DNA from: a virus
Lineage: Duplodnaviria; Caudoviricetes
Reading direction: 5' to 3' (one strand)
DNA length: 60,162 nt
IMG/VR virus record: IMGVR_UViG_3300042879_001019
Location: 1-60,162 of that record
Part shown: in pieces, positions 30,644-40,048 of the stretch
Numbering within the stretch: the stretch's first letter is position 1
Layout of the letters: every line of letters starts with the position of its first letter
Made by a program: the position numbers and the translations under genes
The notes under the pieces: model-generated
The model's input: only the letters and a program-made list of their open reading frames with translations
What the model was told of the DNA's origin: nothing
Databases searched by the model: none

Positions 30644-31882
30644 TTATGCATTTAAATGTTTATAATCTTTCTTAAATATATTAACAGTGTATTTTTTCTT
30701 TGCTTTAACGGTCTTATATATCTTATCCTCAATGCCGCCTTTTGAGAACAACCAATATACTTTATTGAACTTACGCTCCATGGTCGTTAATCGATCCCTC
30801 GCTTGCCAATAACTAGTAGCACTGAAATCAATGTTATAGAACACCAAATAGTCAGCATTTTTTAAGGATATACCCTCACGTCCAGACACAATTTGTAAGG
30901 CTATAACCTGATATCCTTCATTGTCAAACTTATATAGATCAGTAGTTAAACTATCACCAAATACTTGACTTAATACGTTAAGTTCTTCTTTAAACTTGTA
31001 GAATATACCTATCTTGTTGTTTGAGAATCTCGACTTTATAAACTCAGCTTTTGTGGTGTCAATAACCATGCTGTTGCCACTCTCAAACTTAACAGTACCA
31101 CTCCATAATTGGTGAAGCTTCTGCATCAACTTAACTGGTGTGTCAGCCAATATAACTTCATCTTTTCCTTCCACAACCAAATCCTTCTCAAGCTTCTTCA
31201 CAATCATCTTTGTCTTCTCTGACATGTCAACATACAGTACTTCCTCTTCAATCTCAGTAGAGAATCCTGCCTGCTGTTGTGTGAATGTAATTACATAAGG
31301 TGCTATAGCAGCCATTATCTTAAGCTCATTTCCTTTTGAGTAATCGTTGACCATGAAGCCATTAATCTTCCTTTGAAACTTAAACACATAGTCATCGGCC
31401 CATCGGTAGAAGTTAACATAATGTCTGAACGGACTGTAGTTTGATACCCAAAACTGATGATATACTTGACTGAATGACTCTGGTGTCATTGTTCCTGATA
31501 GAAATATCATTGGCTTGTCAGCGAACATCTGTTTGTAAGTTTTAGTTGCTAGCCCTGGCTTTGGGAATGATCCGAATCTATGGTGCTCGTCATGTATAAC
31601 TAAGTCATAGTTAGTGTTCTCTAACTTATGCATTGACTCATCATTTGTTACAACTAAATCAAATTGATAACCAAAATTATTGTAGTCATTTAGAATACTT
31701 GATACGGCCTTCTTTTTGGTTAAGAATAGAACTCGTTTTGCTCCGTATAGTTTTGCTGTCTCTAAAGCTGTCAAAGTTTTTCCAGTTCTAACTTCCATAG
31801 AAATGTAAACGATTTTGTTTACTTTTAATATGTCAATCGCCCTGTTCGCTATGTCGATCTGATAATCCCTTAGTTCCATCAT
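30644..31882 (-). CDS. SF2 (SNF2/DEAD-like) helicase
   Basis: LRDYQ Q-motif, RTGKT, DEHH, LSGT, GREGISL, QARDR. Confidence 0.85.
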   Translation of the reverse strand: MMELRDYQIDIANRAIDILKVNKIVYISMEVRTGKTLTALETAKLYGAKRVLFLTKKKAVSSILNDYNNFGYQFDLVVTNDESMHKLENTNYDLVIHDEHHRFGSFPKPGLATKTYKQMFADKPMIFLSGTMTPESFSQVYHQFWVSNYSPFRHYVNFYRWADDYVFKFQRKINGFMVNDYSKGNELKIMAAIAPYVITFTQQQAGFSTEIEEEVLYVDMSEKTKMIVKKLEKDLVVEGKDEVILADTPVKLMQKLHQLWSGTVKFESGNSMVIDTTKAEFIKSRFSNNKIGIFYKFKEELNVLSQVFGDSLTTDLYKFDNEGYQVIALQIVSGREGISLKNADYLVFYNIDFSATSYWQARDRLTTMERKFNKVYWLFSKGGIEDKIYKTVKAKKKYTVNIFKKDYKHLNA

Positions 31883-32276
31883 TACAATTTATTATTGAAA
31901 AACGTCTTTTAAATGCCATTGATTCTAAAGGAAAGTCATCTATAGATACTTCTGATGAACATCCAATAATTATTTCTGGGTAGATTATAAATGGATCTTT
32001 ACATTGCTTTTCTACCATAAGGCCCTGGCATATATAGCTATAAAAAAAATCTATATTTGATGCATCTTTAAAATCATCTATTATTACTAATTCAGTATTT
32101 AAATTACAGCGACTAAAATAAAAACCCATACTATACCTATATAATATCTCATTAAGATTACGCCCATCGAACCAAGTAACATTATCTTGATTATACGAAC
32201 TTGCTATTTCTTTAGCTTTTAGTGTTTTTCCACTGTCGGAATCACCTATTATTACTGTTATCTTTCTGTCCATCAT
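31833..32276 (-). CDS. Stand-alone SF3-like P-loop NTPase domain
   Basis: GDSDSGKT, LVIIDD, AFKRRF. Confidence 0.65.
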   Translation of the reverse strand: MMDRKITVIIGDSDSGKTLKAKEIASSYNQDNVTWFDGRNLNEILYRYSMGFYFSRCNLNTELVIIDDFKDASNIDFFYSYICQGLMVEKQCKDPFIIYPEIIIGCSSEVSIDDFPLESMAFKRRFSIINCNDGTKGLSDRHSEQGD

Positions 32277-32556
32277 ATTTCATTTTATTTATACATTCAT
32301 TTAATTCATTAATTGTGTCGGCATGCAGCTCTCTATCATAGTTAAGCCAATTGAACTGCCTTTTTAGTTCTTTGAGGCTGTAGTCAGGGACGAACGACAC
32401 AGCCTCAATTTTACCAGTTAAAAAGTCATGAGCCTCCTTATAATCTGCACACATCTTAGATAGTTCAGATTTTCTTCTTGTGCCATGCTTGGCAAAGCCG
32501 TGGAGCTTCTCAGTAAACTCCAACCTTTTTCTAATTATAGATTCGCAGAAATTCAT
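32242..32556 (-). CDS. Hypothetical protein
   Basis: ORF coupled to the primase stop. Confidence 0.55.
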   Translation of the reverse strand: MNFCESIIRKRLEFTEKLHGFAKHGTRRKSELSKMCADYKEAHDFLTGKIEAVSFVPDYSLKELKRQFNWLNYDRELHADTINELNECINKMKYDGQKDNSNNR

Positions 32557-34916
32557 AACCTAAGATTTAATTGTTCTTCTTCTTTTAATACAAACTCAAC
32601 ATTCTTACCAAGAGCGTTACGTGTTACTATTGGTTTCTTACCAAACGCATACTCACCATAACTATCTATCCACTTATAGAACCTATTCTGTGATACTTTA
32701 TATCTACCATAGTTACTATAGTCAGGGTAGTCTTGTGTAAATGAATTAAATAAGTCTTGCCCTAACGACTTCATCAGTGGTCTTGTATATACGTTGTCCT
32801 TAGCAGTTGCCCACTCCCAAAATTCAGAGCTTGTCTCAGCAATAAATTTACGAGTTTTTAAGTTCTTGAACTCACTACGAACCAACCCTTTATTCAAGTA
32901 AGACTGTAAGTTAGCTATCATGTAGTTGTCAAACTTATTCCACTCATACTCATCCCAACCACTAAACAACATGTGACCAAACTCGCTCTCAGGGGTAAAC
33001 GACTTATTGTAGTGCTGCTTAAACTCAAGATCCCACTTACGTCTCTCAAACGAGTTACCTGCACCCTTAATCGCATAGTTAGTTGTTATGACAATCTTTG
33101 GTGATCTTTCGAATGGAATGTGTATCTCATCCTTGTTCTTCTTCTCAAGAGTTATACCTTCAGTAATCACAGAAAACAAACGCTCAAACTCAAAGTTCTT
33201 GCTAACATCATCAAATACCAACACCTGCGTATCAACTTGAACTCTTTGGTATGGGAACGACTTCTGAAAGCTAAATCCCTTGCCATCTATTATAACCATC
33301 TTCTTCATGTGGCTGACAGACTTAACAAAGATACCTTTACCTGTACCACCCTCTGGATTGTCGCTAATGACCTCATCGTTCAATATAACAGCAGGACAGT
33401 AGCTTTCTGGTTTATAGCTATGCATCAAATAACCAATCGTTGACTCAACAGATTTAATTCGCTCCTTGTCATCTCCCGAAATATTTGTGATGAATCTTTT
33501 AAATTCACAATCATCATGAGATGTCTCTAAGAAGTTTCTTTTTATCTTCTGATCTTCCCACACAATACCTTTCAAGTTCTTGTAGTCAATCTTCTCAACA
33601 CCACGTCTTGTTACCTTGATAGCACAATTTTTATAGTACAGATAAGCTGTCTCTGAGTCGTCAGTCATGAATCTGCTGTCAACATTTGTTATGAAGTTCA
33701 AGAAGTTCTCTGTAAAGAACTTAGTGTTCATGGCAAAGAAGTTATAGACAGACATGTCGTTAATCTCCTCAAGGTACTTTAGTATAAAGTCTTTTATGAC
33801 ATCTTCACTTGAGTCAACTATGACGTTATCTTTGACGCGAACAAACACAAAGTTCTTCGATCCTTCAGGGTAGTACTTATAGAACCCTTCCTTAGTCAAG
33901 AAGTCTCTGAACAGGTTAGGCACTAACTCAATCTTACCTTTCGATGATTTTGTCCAAAACTCATTTGGATTGGTTTCGTTTACCATCTTATCGATCAACT
34001 CTACTGGAACATCTTCATTTCGCTCAATCACCTCTTTGATTGGTGTGCCGTTCTTTATGTCGTTCTTTATTGCTACAGTCTTGTCAATGTCCTCGTAGAA
34101 CTTAGTGTTGTGATTTGCTACGTTCTTGTATCCGCTCTGAATGATTGACGGTATCTCGTGTGCCATGTCACCATTAATATCATACGACTCAATAACTGAC
34201 CTTGCTGTCTCTCTGCTAATACCAAACTCATTGAATGCGCTTGCTAATATGTATAAGTTGTTGTTGCGATGACCAGGTATCATTCCGAAGTTTTTATCCC
34301 ACCAAAGCGATAAACGTCTAATAATCTCATTGTCGTCAGTTACTCTTATCATCTGCTTGACGACAGGGATGTGCTCGTCAGACTTATCCATGTCTGACCA
34401 TATTAAAGACAGCTCGTTCACATAGATGTCAGGATCGTAGGACTCATAACATACCCGACTGATGTTCTTACATGTTACATCAAACTCATCACAGTCGTAG
34501 TACTTCTTTAAAGCGTTGAAGTATTTCTTATGGTTCATCGGATCTTTTGGTATCCTAACCAATGCCTTCAAGCCATCACCAGATGGTGACGTAAATACAC
34601 AATAAGTGTACTTATCGTCAATAAGCTCCTCCCTTTTTTGGAATAGATGCTGGTTGTCTCTGAATCCATCAAAGTCAATACATATTATACCACTGTGCTC
34701 TATTATAGCGTTGTCAGCTCGTTTAGAGAATGTGCCTGAAAAACAGATGGCAGGTAACTTCTTTTTCTTTTCGTTCCTTGCGCTCTTCTCTGTCTCTTGC
34801 CGTACACTCTCAACAAGCTCTTTTGATTTACCATTCTTTATTCTGTCAATGGCTATACTTACATCAACATGGAATGGTGTCGATGTGTCGTTGATCGTCT
34901 TGAAATAAGTTATCAT
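32553..34916 (-). CDS. Primase-helicase (VirE-N/BT4734-like AEP + PriCT + SF3 helicase)
   Basis: KKKLPAICFSG, IDFD, SPSGDGLK, GHRNNNLY, GGTGKG, FDD, ITTN, ERR. Confidence 0.85.
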   Translation of the reverse strand: MITYFKTINDTSTPFHVDVSIAIDRIKNGKSKELVESVRQETEKSARNEKKKKLPAICFSGTFSKRADNAIIEHSGIICIDFDGFRDNQHLFQKREELIDDKYTYCVFTSPSGDGLKALVRIPKDPMNHKKYFNALKKYYDCDEFDVTCKNISRVCYESYDPDIYVNELSLIWSDMDKSDEHIPVVKQMIRVTDDNEIIRRLSLWWDKNFGMIPGHRNNNLYILASAFNEFGISRETARSVIESYDINGDMAHEIPSIIQSGYKNVANHNTKFYEDIDKTVAIKNDIKNGTPIKEVIERNEDVPVELIDKMVNETNPNEFWTKSSKGKIELVPNLFRDFLTKEGFYKYYPEGSKNFVFVRVKDNVIVDSSEDVIKDFILKYLEEINDMSVYNFFAMNTKFFTENFLNFITNVDSRFMTDDSETAYLYYKNCAIKVTRRGVEKIDYKNLKGIVWEDQKIKRNFLETSHDDCEFKRFITNISGDDKERIKSVESTIGYLMHSYKPESYCPAVILNDEVISDNPEGGTGKGIFVKSVSHMKKMVIIDGKGFSFQKSFPYQRVQVDTQVLVFDDVSKNFEFERLFSVITEGITLEKKNKDEIHIPFERSPKIVITTNYAIKGAGNSFERRKWDLEFKQHYNKSFTPESEFGHMLFSGWDEYEWNKFDNYMIANLQSYLNKGLVRSEFKNLKTRKFIAETSSEFWEWATAKDNVYTRPLMKSLGQDLFNSFTQDYPDYSNYGRYKVSQNRFYKWIDSYGEYAFGKKPIVTRNALGKNVEFVLKEEEQLNLRL

Positions 34917-35211
34917 ATTCTTCGATGTCTTTTAAATATTTTGAATCATTAATTTCAATATATGTCTCATGCTTTTTAATGCCTGACATAACAGTTGCGT
35001 GATCTCTTCCAAAATATCCTCCAATATCTTCGAACGTTAAATTCGTCTCTTCTCTCATCTTGTTGTAAAGGAAATACCTCTTGTGTGTCTTAGACTGAAT
35101 TCTTGATGGTACATTTAAATTATCTTGTTCTATTAAGGTCATTACCTTTTCTAAAAATTCACTAACGTTGTGGTATTTCATTAGTGATCCACAGTGACTA
35201 CATCTTCTCAT
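34864..35211 (-). CDS. DnaA domain IV-like HTH protein
   Basis: LTFEDIGGYFGRDHATVMSGIKK matches the DnaA C-terminal signature. Confidence 0.75.
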   Translation of the reverse strand: MRRCSHCGSLMKYHNVSEFLEKVMTLIEQDNLNVPSRIQSKTHKRYFLYNKMREETNLTFEDIGGYFGRDHATVMSGIKKHETYIEINDSKYLKDIEEYDNLFQDDQRHIDTIPC

Positions 35212-35578
35212 CTTCTCTATATTTTATTTCTTTTCTAATTAAATCTAAGTGCCAATCAGCACCGCCATACTCAAGCACTGCCTGTAGGTAATCATCGTCC
35301 ATATCTTTAATCGCGATGTACGTTAATGGCTGCATTCCATCCTTACCTCGACTACCCCTTGTAGCGTACTGCCTAACAAGCTGGAAGTCATCATCAGCAA
35401 ATACCTCATGGTGGACTATCTTCTTCATGTCCATAGCACCATACCTCGCGTAGTCAAGTCCTCCATCTACCATCGCTCCATTTGGACACCTGCATGTCTT
35501 GTAGTCGTGTCTGTGGTAACTAACTATCGTGTCTAAACATTCAATGCACGTCACTGCATTATATACTAACTGTCTCAT
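35198..35578 (-). CDS. Hypothetical Zn-ribbon protein
   Basis: CxxC..HRHD..CxC..VDGG. Confidence 0.6.
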   Translation of the reverse strand: MRQLVYNAVTCIECLDTIVSYHRHDYKTCRCPNGAMVDGGLDYARYGAMDMKKIVHHEVFADDDFQLVRQYATRGSRGKDGMQPLTYIAIKDMDDDYLQAVLEYGGADWHLDLIRKEIKYREDEKM

Positions 35579-36048
35579 ATCTCAAAAAAATTATCGTTCC
35601 ACGTTGATACTTTAGTTTCGCCATCTACCCATGGCCATGTCTCTTTTGCTTTATTGTAATCATTATCACTGTACTTTTCAAGCCATAACTTTTGCTCGTA
35701 GTACTTGTCAGTACCACCTACAGGTGATACCCAAAAGATGCAGAACTGCCACCTGAAAAAGTATATGTAGAAAGCAGGAGGCCACTCAAATCTAGGCGTG
35801 TCATACTTATCCTTCCAACCTAACTTAAGTTTTTTAAACTTGATTGGCGAGCCTATCTGTATCCAGTAATATCTGTTGAACAACTCTACAATCCAATTCA
35901 TTGATCGTCTGACCATTGGTGCGCTTGCTGGATCTTTTACCCTTCGTATCGTTACTATATTCCTATCGAAATTTATAGGCATAAAGTAAGGACATCCATG
36001 TACTATCTTTCCAAAGTAGTACTTCTTAATTGGTTTTTTTAGTTTCAT
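35575..36048 (-). CDS. Hypothetical Trp-rich protein
   Basis: Coupled ORF. Confidence 0.55.
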   Translation of the reverse strand: MKLKKPIKKYYFGKIVHGCPYFMPINFDRNIVTIRRVKDPASAPMVRRSMNWIVELFNRYYWIQIGSPIKFKKLKLGWKDKYDTPRFEWPPAFYIYFFRWQFCIFWVSPVGGTDKYYEQKLWLEKYSDNDYNKAKETWPWVDGETKVSTWNDNFFEI

Positions 36049-36407
36049 TTCTTATTATTTTTTAATTGTTCTCTTAAACGATAGCAGTATAGGATGGCAT
36101 CCATCATCTCCTCAAGCAAATGGTCGCACCACTGCTCCTCACTCAAATCAGTCCTATCTAATGTTGTGTTATACTTCTTGATTCCAACAGCAGAACGCTG
36201 TCTAAACTTTTCGATTATACTCTCGACTACACTATCTACTAATTCAAAATTTTTGTACTCAAGAAACCATCTATCAATATTCCCCTTATGATCTTCACCT
36301 TTCAACCAAGCACCATACTTATCTGGCTCATCTATCAATACAATCTGTCCTTTTTTAAAATAACTATTACCAATAGTTATTCTTACCTTTTGTCCTTTAT
36401 TAAGCAT
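36045..36407 (-). CDS. Protein with a C-terminal MazG-like all-alpha NTP pyrophosphatase domain
   Basis: RSAVGIKKY..HLLEEMMDAILY (EExxD). Confidence 0.5.
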   Translation of the reverse strand: MLNKGQKVRITIGNSYFKKGQIVLIDEPDKYGAWLKGEDHKGNIDRWFLEYKNFELVDSVVESIIEKFRQRSAVGIKKYNTTLDRTDLSEEQWCDHLLEEMMDAILYCYRLREQLKNNKK

Positions 36408-36429
36408 ATTTCATTAGATTTAAGTAAAA

Positions 36430-36755
36430 ATATCGAACAGACATACCTGTCGATATATAGTTTTTCCCAGTATGTTGGGTTAACCACAGAACTATAACTG
36501 TCGTTCGCCATGAACTTTGTAGTCATGGTATGACTCAACTTACCATGACTTTATAGGACACGCTTAACCTATTGAGTTGCTAGCAGGTACACTCTTCGAT
36601 GCCGAACATCAGCGTTTTTTTAGCAACTTTTATTACTGTCCGAAAGAGTTGCCAACTTTGCCTACTTACGATTAGGAATCAGAGTGTGCGCTGGCAAGTA
36701 AACTGTCCTTACACATCGCCTTGATTGACCTACGATCCCTTGTACTTCGGGCGCA
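36430..36755 (-). ncRNA. Cluster of consecutive structured RNA elements of unknown family
   Basis: No credible ORF; about 8 adjacent stems including the perfect AGTCATGGTA/TACCATGACT and AGTTGCTA/TAGCAACT. Confidence 0.55.
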
Positions 36756-36756
36756 A

Positions 36757-37104
36757 TTACACTAATGTCAACAAGTACAACGTCTTATTAACAAGGCCCA
36801 ACATCTCATCCAATATGTTCTCTAAGTCACATGGATAGTTGTCAGAGTCAGCTTCACCCTCAATCAATTTTTGCATTGACTTTAAGTGATCCATAGCATT
36901 CATTGCCTTTGACTCAGGAATTACAATTGGAATTCGCTTGTTGCGACCAAAATACTTCTCAGTAAATGAGTCAGTCAACTCTAAAATTCCATCATAATAA
37001 TGTCCCAAAGCCTTATGCTCTGCAAATGATGTTGTCTGTAGATGCTGTAAGTGCATCATGTCTCGCGATTGAAATAACAATCCTATAAATTTCCCTGTTT
37101 CCAT
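36757..37104 (-). CDS. Ferritin/Dps-like four-helix protein (DUF5856-like)
   Basis: HLQH..EHKALGHYYD..DSFTEKY..LDEM; ATG 4 nt after TAAATTTG. Confidence 0.65.
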   Translation of the reverse strand: METGKFIGLLFQSRDMMHLQHLQTTSFAEHKALGHYYDGILELTDSFTEKYFGRNKRIPIVIPESKAMNAMDHLKSMQKLIEGEADSDNYPCDLENILDEMLGLVNKTLYLLTLV

Positions 37105-37113
37105 ATTACAAAT

Positions 37114-37284
37114 TTAACGCTTTAAGTCTAACCAACTACCTAGATATATTGGCATCATAAACCAACCTGCTACAAAGCTTAGAAATGCTTTTAGTAATAC
37201 ATCAATAGTCCTATCATTCTCGCCATGTGTCACTCCCCACGTAAAGCACGCTGAGAAAAAGACATAAAATATCATCAACCACAT
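37114..37284 (-). CDS. Small two-TM membrane protein (56 aa)
   Basis: MWLMIFYVFFSACFTWG..AFLSFVAGWFMMPIYLG; fills the gap between SSB and ferritin genes. Confidence 0.5.
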   Translation of the reverse strand: MWLMIFYVFFSACFTWGVTHGENDRTIDVLLKAFLSFVAGWFMMPIYLGSWLDLKR

Positions 37285-37286
37285 AG

Positions 37287-37640
37287 CTAGAACGGTAAAT
37301 CTTCGTCATTACCACTAATATCTATAACTGGAACGTTTCCCAACATAGGTGCTCCAATTGACTCAACCTTATAAGCATCTAACGTGTTAAAATACTTAAC
37401 GTCTCCTTGAGGCGATGTCCACTCTCTACCTTTTAAGTTGAAGCTTACCTCAACCTCTTGACCTTCAATAAAGTTGTCTAATAAACTCGTTTTGTCTTGC
37501 TTTAATTCAAACATAATATCTTGCGTATACTTTTCATCTGAATTGTCAGTCACAACGAACTCACGCTTACTAAACTTCTCTGACACCTGTTGTGTCTGTC
37601 TGATCACCTTGATCACACCCTTCATTTTAAATGCACTCAT
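37287..37640 (-). CDS. DUF3127-like single-stranded DNA-binding protein
   Basis: FSKREFVV..VEVSFNLKGREW..YFNTL; acidic DEDLPF C-terminus. Confidence 0.8.
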   Translation of the reverse strand: MSAFKMKGVIKVIRQTQQVSEKFSKREFVVTDNSDEKYTQDIMFELKQDKTSLLDNFIEGQEVEVSFNLKGREWTSPQGDVKYFNTLDAYKVESIGAPMLGNVPVIDISGNDEDLPF

Positions 37641-37661
37641 TTTATTTGATTTAATTGATTA

Positions 37662-37835
37662 CTAAAATACACCGTCAGTCAATATATTTTGCTGTCTGTG
37701 TGTGAAATGCTCACCTATATAATTAAGGAGCTCTGCCATTGTTTGGAATACCATTGCTGGATTTACAGACATGTTGGCATTAGGGGTGTTATCTCTAACA
37801 ATATACCCGTTCTTTACTTGTGTTATCTCTATCAT
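37662..37835 (-). CDS. Small hypothetical protein (57 aa, MIEITQVKNGYIV...)
   Basis: ATGA overlap with the exonuclease stop. Confidence 0.5.
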   Translation of the reverse strand: MIEITQVKNGYIVRDNTPNANMSVNPAMVFQTMAELLNYIGEHFTHRQQNILTDGVF

Positions 37836-38599
37836 TTGTTTATTAGTTTATTATAATACTCATCAGCATACTCATTAGCAGCTTTAACTCTTCGCTCAAT
37901 CTTTAATATGTCATCGTCTGTCAACTCTACAGGAACGACAGTCACACATAACCTCTTGTTTATGAAGTCATCAATGTAGTGCAAAGACTCACTCTCCCAC
38001 TCAGGCTTAATCTCTGGAGGAGTGCTAACCAATACATGCGCTACCTCACCATGCCGCCAGTTCTCACCAGTGATCTTACTCAACATGTATAAGTACAACT
38101 TAACCTGCCACTGATATCCTAAATCATAGGCCTTCTCAGGAGTTTTAGGAAAAGTCTTCTTAGTCCATGATGACTTGATGTCGATAACCTTTCTTCTCTC
38201 ACAATCAACAATGTCAGGGTGTCCTACAAGTATACCATACTCAATACTGTAATACTTGTCTGCCTCAACCAACTTATTATACTTAGTGCCGAACACAGCA
38301 TTGTACACCTCAATTGAGTCGGTCTCAACAGCCCAGCCTTTCTCGGTTATTGGACTAGAGAAATTATTCTCATACCTGTAGACTTTCCGATCGACATACT
38401 CCTCGATCAATGTCTTTGCCCCTGCCGACAGTTCAACAGGCGAGTCGCGCTTGGCTATCAACTCGTCACGTTTCTCAGCCTGTTTCTCCGTCAGTTTTAT
38501 CTTGGATGATAATTCATCCAGTAGTTCGGATTGCTTTGCCGTCAGCCCATCATCACCTAAGAAGACAGGGCTAGATGTAGATGCCCTAAGACTGAGCAT
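37832..38599 (-). CDS. YqaJ/Cas4-like PD-(D/E)XK exonuclease
   Basis: KG..VE, GHPDI, IDIKSS, YQWQVKLY. Confidence 0.75.
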   Translation of the reverse strand: MLSLRASTSSPVFLGDDGLTAKQSELLDELSSKIKLTEKQAEKRDELIAKRDSPVELSAGAKTLIEEYVDRKVYRYENNFSSPITEKGWAVETDSIEVYNAVFGTKYNKLVEADKYYSIEYGILVGHPDIVDCERRKVIDIKSSWTKKTFPKTPEKAYDLGYQWQVKLYLYMLSKITGENWRHGEVAHVLVSTPPEIKPEWESESLHYIDDFINKRLCVTVVPVELTDDDILKIERRVKAANEYADEYYNKLINK

Positions 38600-39086
38600 C
38601 CTCTAGCTGTTTTAACTGATCGTCAGTTAGTTTATACTGTGACTTGATTAGATCTAATGACGTTGACTTAGTCTTGACAGCCTCAATGGCTACCTTTAGA
38701 CTGCTGTCCGTCAGCACCTTCATCTCACCCTTCTTAGTAGGTAACGGCCTAGTGCTGAATCGCAACGCCTCAACCATACCCTGTGGACTCTTTACCTTCT
38801 CAGCTCCCAATACTATCTGCTTGCCTATGTATGCATTCGGATCAAACGAATCAAAGAAAGTCTCCAACCTCTTGAAGTTCGTTCGGTTTGTTACCATAGG
38901 CTTCGAGAACTCCTTCAGCTTGATGAATACCTTCTGCTCCTTACCCATCTCCCCAACAAAGGTATCTTGGTAGATCTTCTCAATTGTTACGACTCTTGAC
39001 TCGTACTTACCATTTACTTCTAAATCCCAAGCACCTAAGTACTTGTTGTCGGCCATCATGTTGCGCCAGTGTGTTTGATTATTCAT
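38586..39086 (-). CDS. Hypothetical protein, possible recombination partner of the exonuclease
   Basis: Position before the exonuclease and SSB genes. Confidence 0.45.
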   Translation of the reverse strand: MNNQTHWRNMMADNKYLGAWDLEVNGKYESRVVTIEKIYQDTFVGEMGKEQKVFIKLKEFSKPMVTNRTNFKRLETFFDSFDPNAYIGKQIVLGAEKVKSPQGMVEALRFSTRPLPTKKGEMKVLTDSSLKVAIEAVKTKSTSLDLIKSQYKLTDDQLKQLEDAQS

Positions 39087-39096
39087 TTAATTTAAT

Positions 39097-39477
39097 TTAA
39101 GGGGTTACAAACTTAACTAATCTTTGTTGATAATCCAACAATTTTTCTTTATTTTTTTCTATCTTCTTCTGCATCGTCTCAGGGCCAACCAGACAATTGG
39201 ACTCTAAGAGGTGCTCCTGCCACTCTAACTTATGCTCAAGCACATTGATGTTAACGTTCAGACATCCTGCCACCCATCCATACTTCTCAAATATCTCCAT
39301 CTCATCATCACCTATGTCCCTGAACTTCTCGTTCGGTGTCATCGTGTTCTTGATCTCTACCCTGCCATCCTCATCAAACTTCTCGATCTTAACTCCCATG
39401 TCAACATACCACATACTCACTCTAGTATGATAGAGTGAGACATGTGGGTTTTCTTCTAAGTCTTGCCAAGCTTTCAT
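39097..39477 (-). CDS. Hypothetical protein
   Basis: Coupled ORF. Confidence 0.55.
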   Translation of the reverse strand: MKAWQDLEENPHVSLYHTRVSMWYVDMGVKIEKFDEDGRVEIKNTMTPNEKFRDIGDDEMEIFEKYGWVAGCLNVNINVLEHKLEWQEHLLESNCLVGPETMQKKIEKNKEKLLDYQQRLVKFVTP

Positions 39478-39674
39478 TTTTCTAATTCTTTTAATAATGC
39501 GTCTGCATAATCAACACTTAATTCAGCTACTACCTCAGGATCATCTCCATACACTTCTGTCATTTTACATAACGATTGCATTGCTAACCCAGCAAAATAT
39601 TCTCTTTTGGTTAAACCAAATTGATATGCTTCATTTACTATACCAGTAAATGCTGATTGTTTTCCATTTTCCAT
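39474..39674 (-). CDS. Small phage protein of the GLTKREYFA..AMQ type
   Basis: Motif GLTKREYFAGLAMQ..YADALL. Confidence 0.6.
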   Translation of the reverse strand: MENGKQSAFTGIVNEAYQFGLTKREYFAGLAMQSLCKMTEVYGDDPEVVAELSVDYADALLKELEK

Positions 39675-39675
39675 T

Positions 39676-39849
39676 CTATTCTAATTTAAAGGTTTGTTTT
39701 TTAGTTTTGGCTAAATAGTAAAGCTCTGCGTATTCTTGCATTGCTATCAATGCTTGTGACCTATCAATGATACCATCATAATCAGTATACTTGTTTAGTA
39801 TTTCTTCTTTTGAACCAAGCAATATTATTTCTTTTTGTTCCTCATTCAT
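39676..39849 (-). CDS. Small hypothetical protein ending TFKLE
   Basis: Start and stop both lie in junction repeats. Confidence 0.55.
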   Translation of the reverse strand: MNEEQKEIILLGSKEEILNKYTDYDGIIDRSQALIAMQEYAELYYLAKTKKQTFKLE

Positions 39850-39850
39850 T

Positions 39851-40048
39851 CTATTCTGATTTAAAGGTTTCGTTGTAAAATGTTTCCGCATCTCCATATC
39901 CTGATGTTTCATACTTTCCATCATCCCAAGCATCCATTATCTGATTCTCAAACATTTTATCTGCTTGCTCAACTATATCCTCAGGAACTCCATAAGGAAA
40001 ATATCCCTCATTCCATAGTTGTTGTATTAACCAATTTACTGCTGTCAT
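39851..40048 (-). CDS. Small protein of the MTAVxW..TFKSE type
   Basis: Paralogous with 43071..43274. Confidence 0.6.
   Translation of the reverse strand: MTAVNWLIQQLWNEGYFPYGVPEDIVEQADKMFENQIMDAWDDGKYETSGYGDAETFYNETFKSE

Noticed and set aside
36456-36496. Resemblance to a preQ1-I riboswitch (GGTT..CCC..AAAAACTA)
   Set aside because: The P1 stem and loop consensus do not fit, and no queuosine genes are nearby
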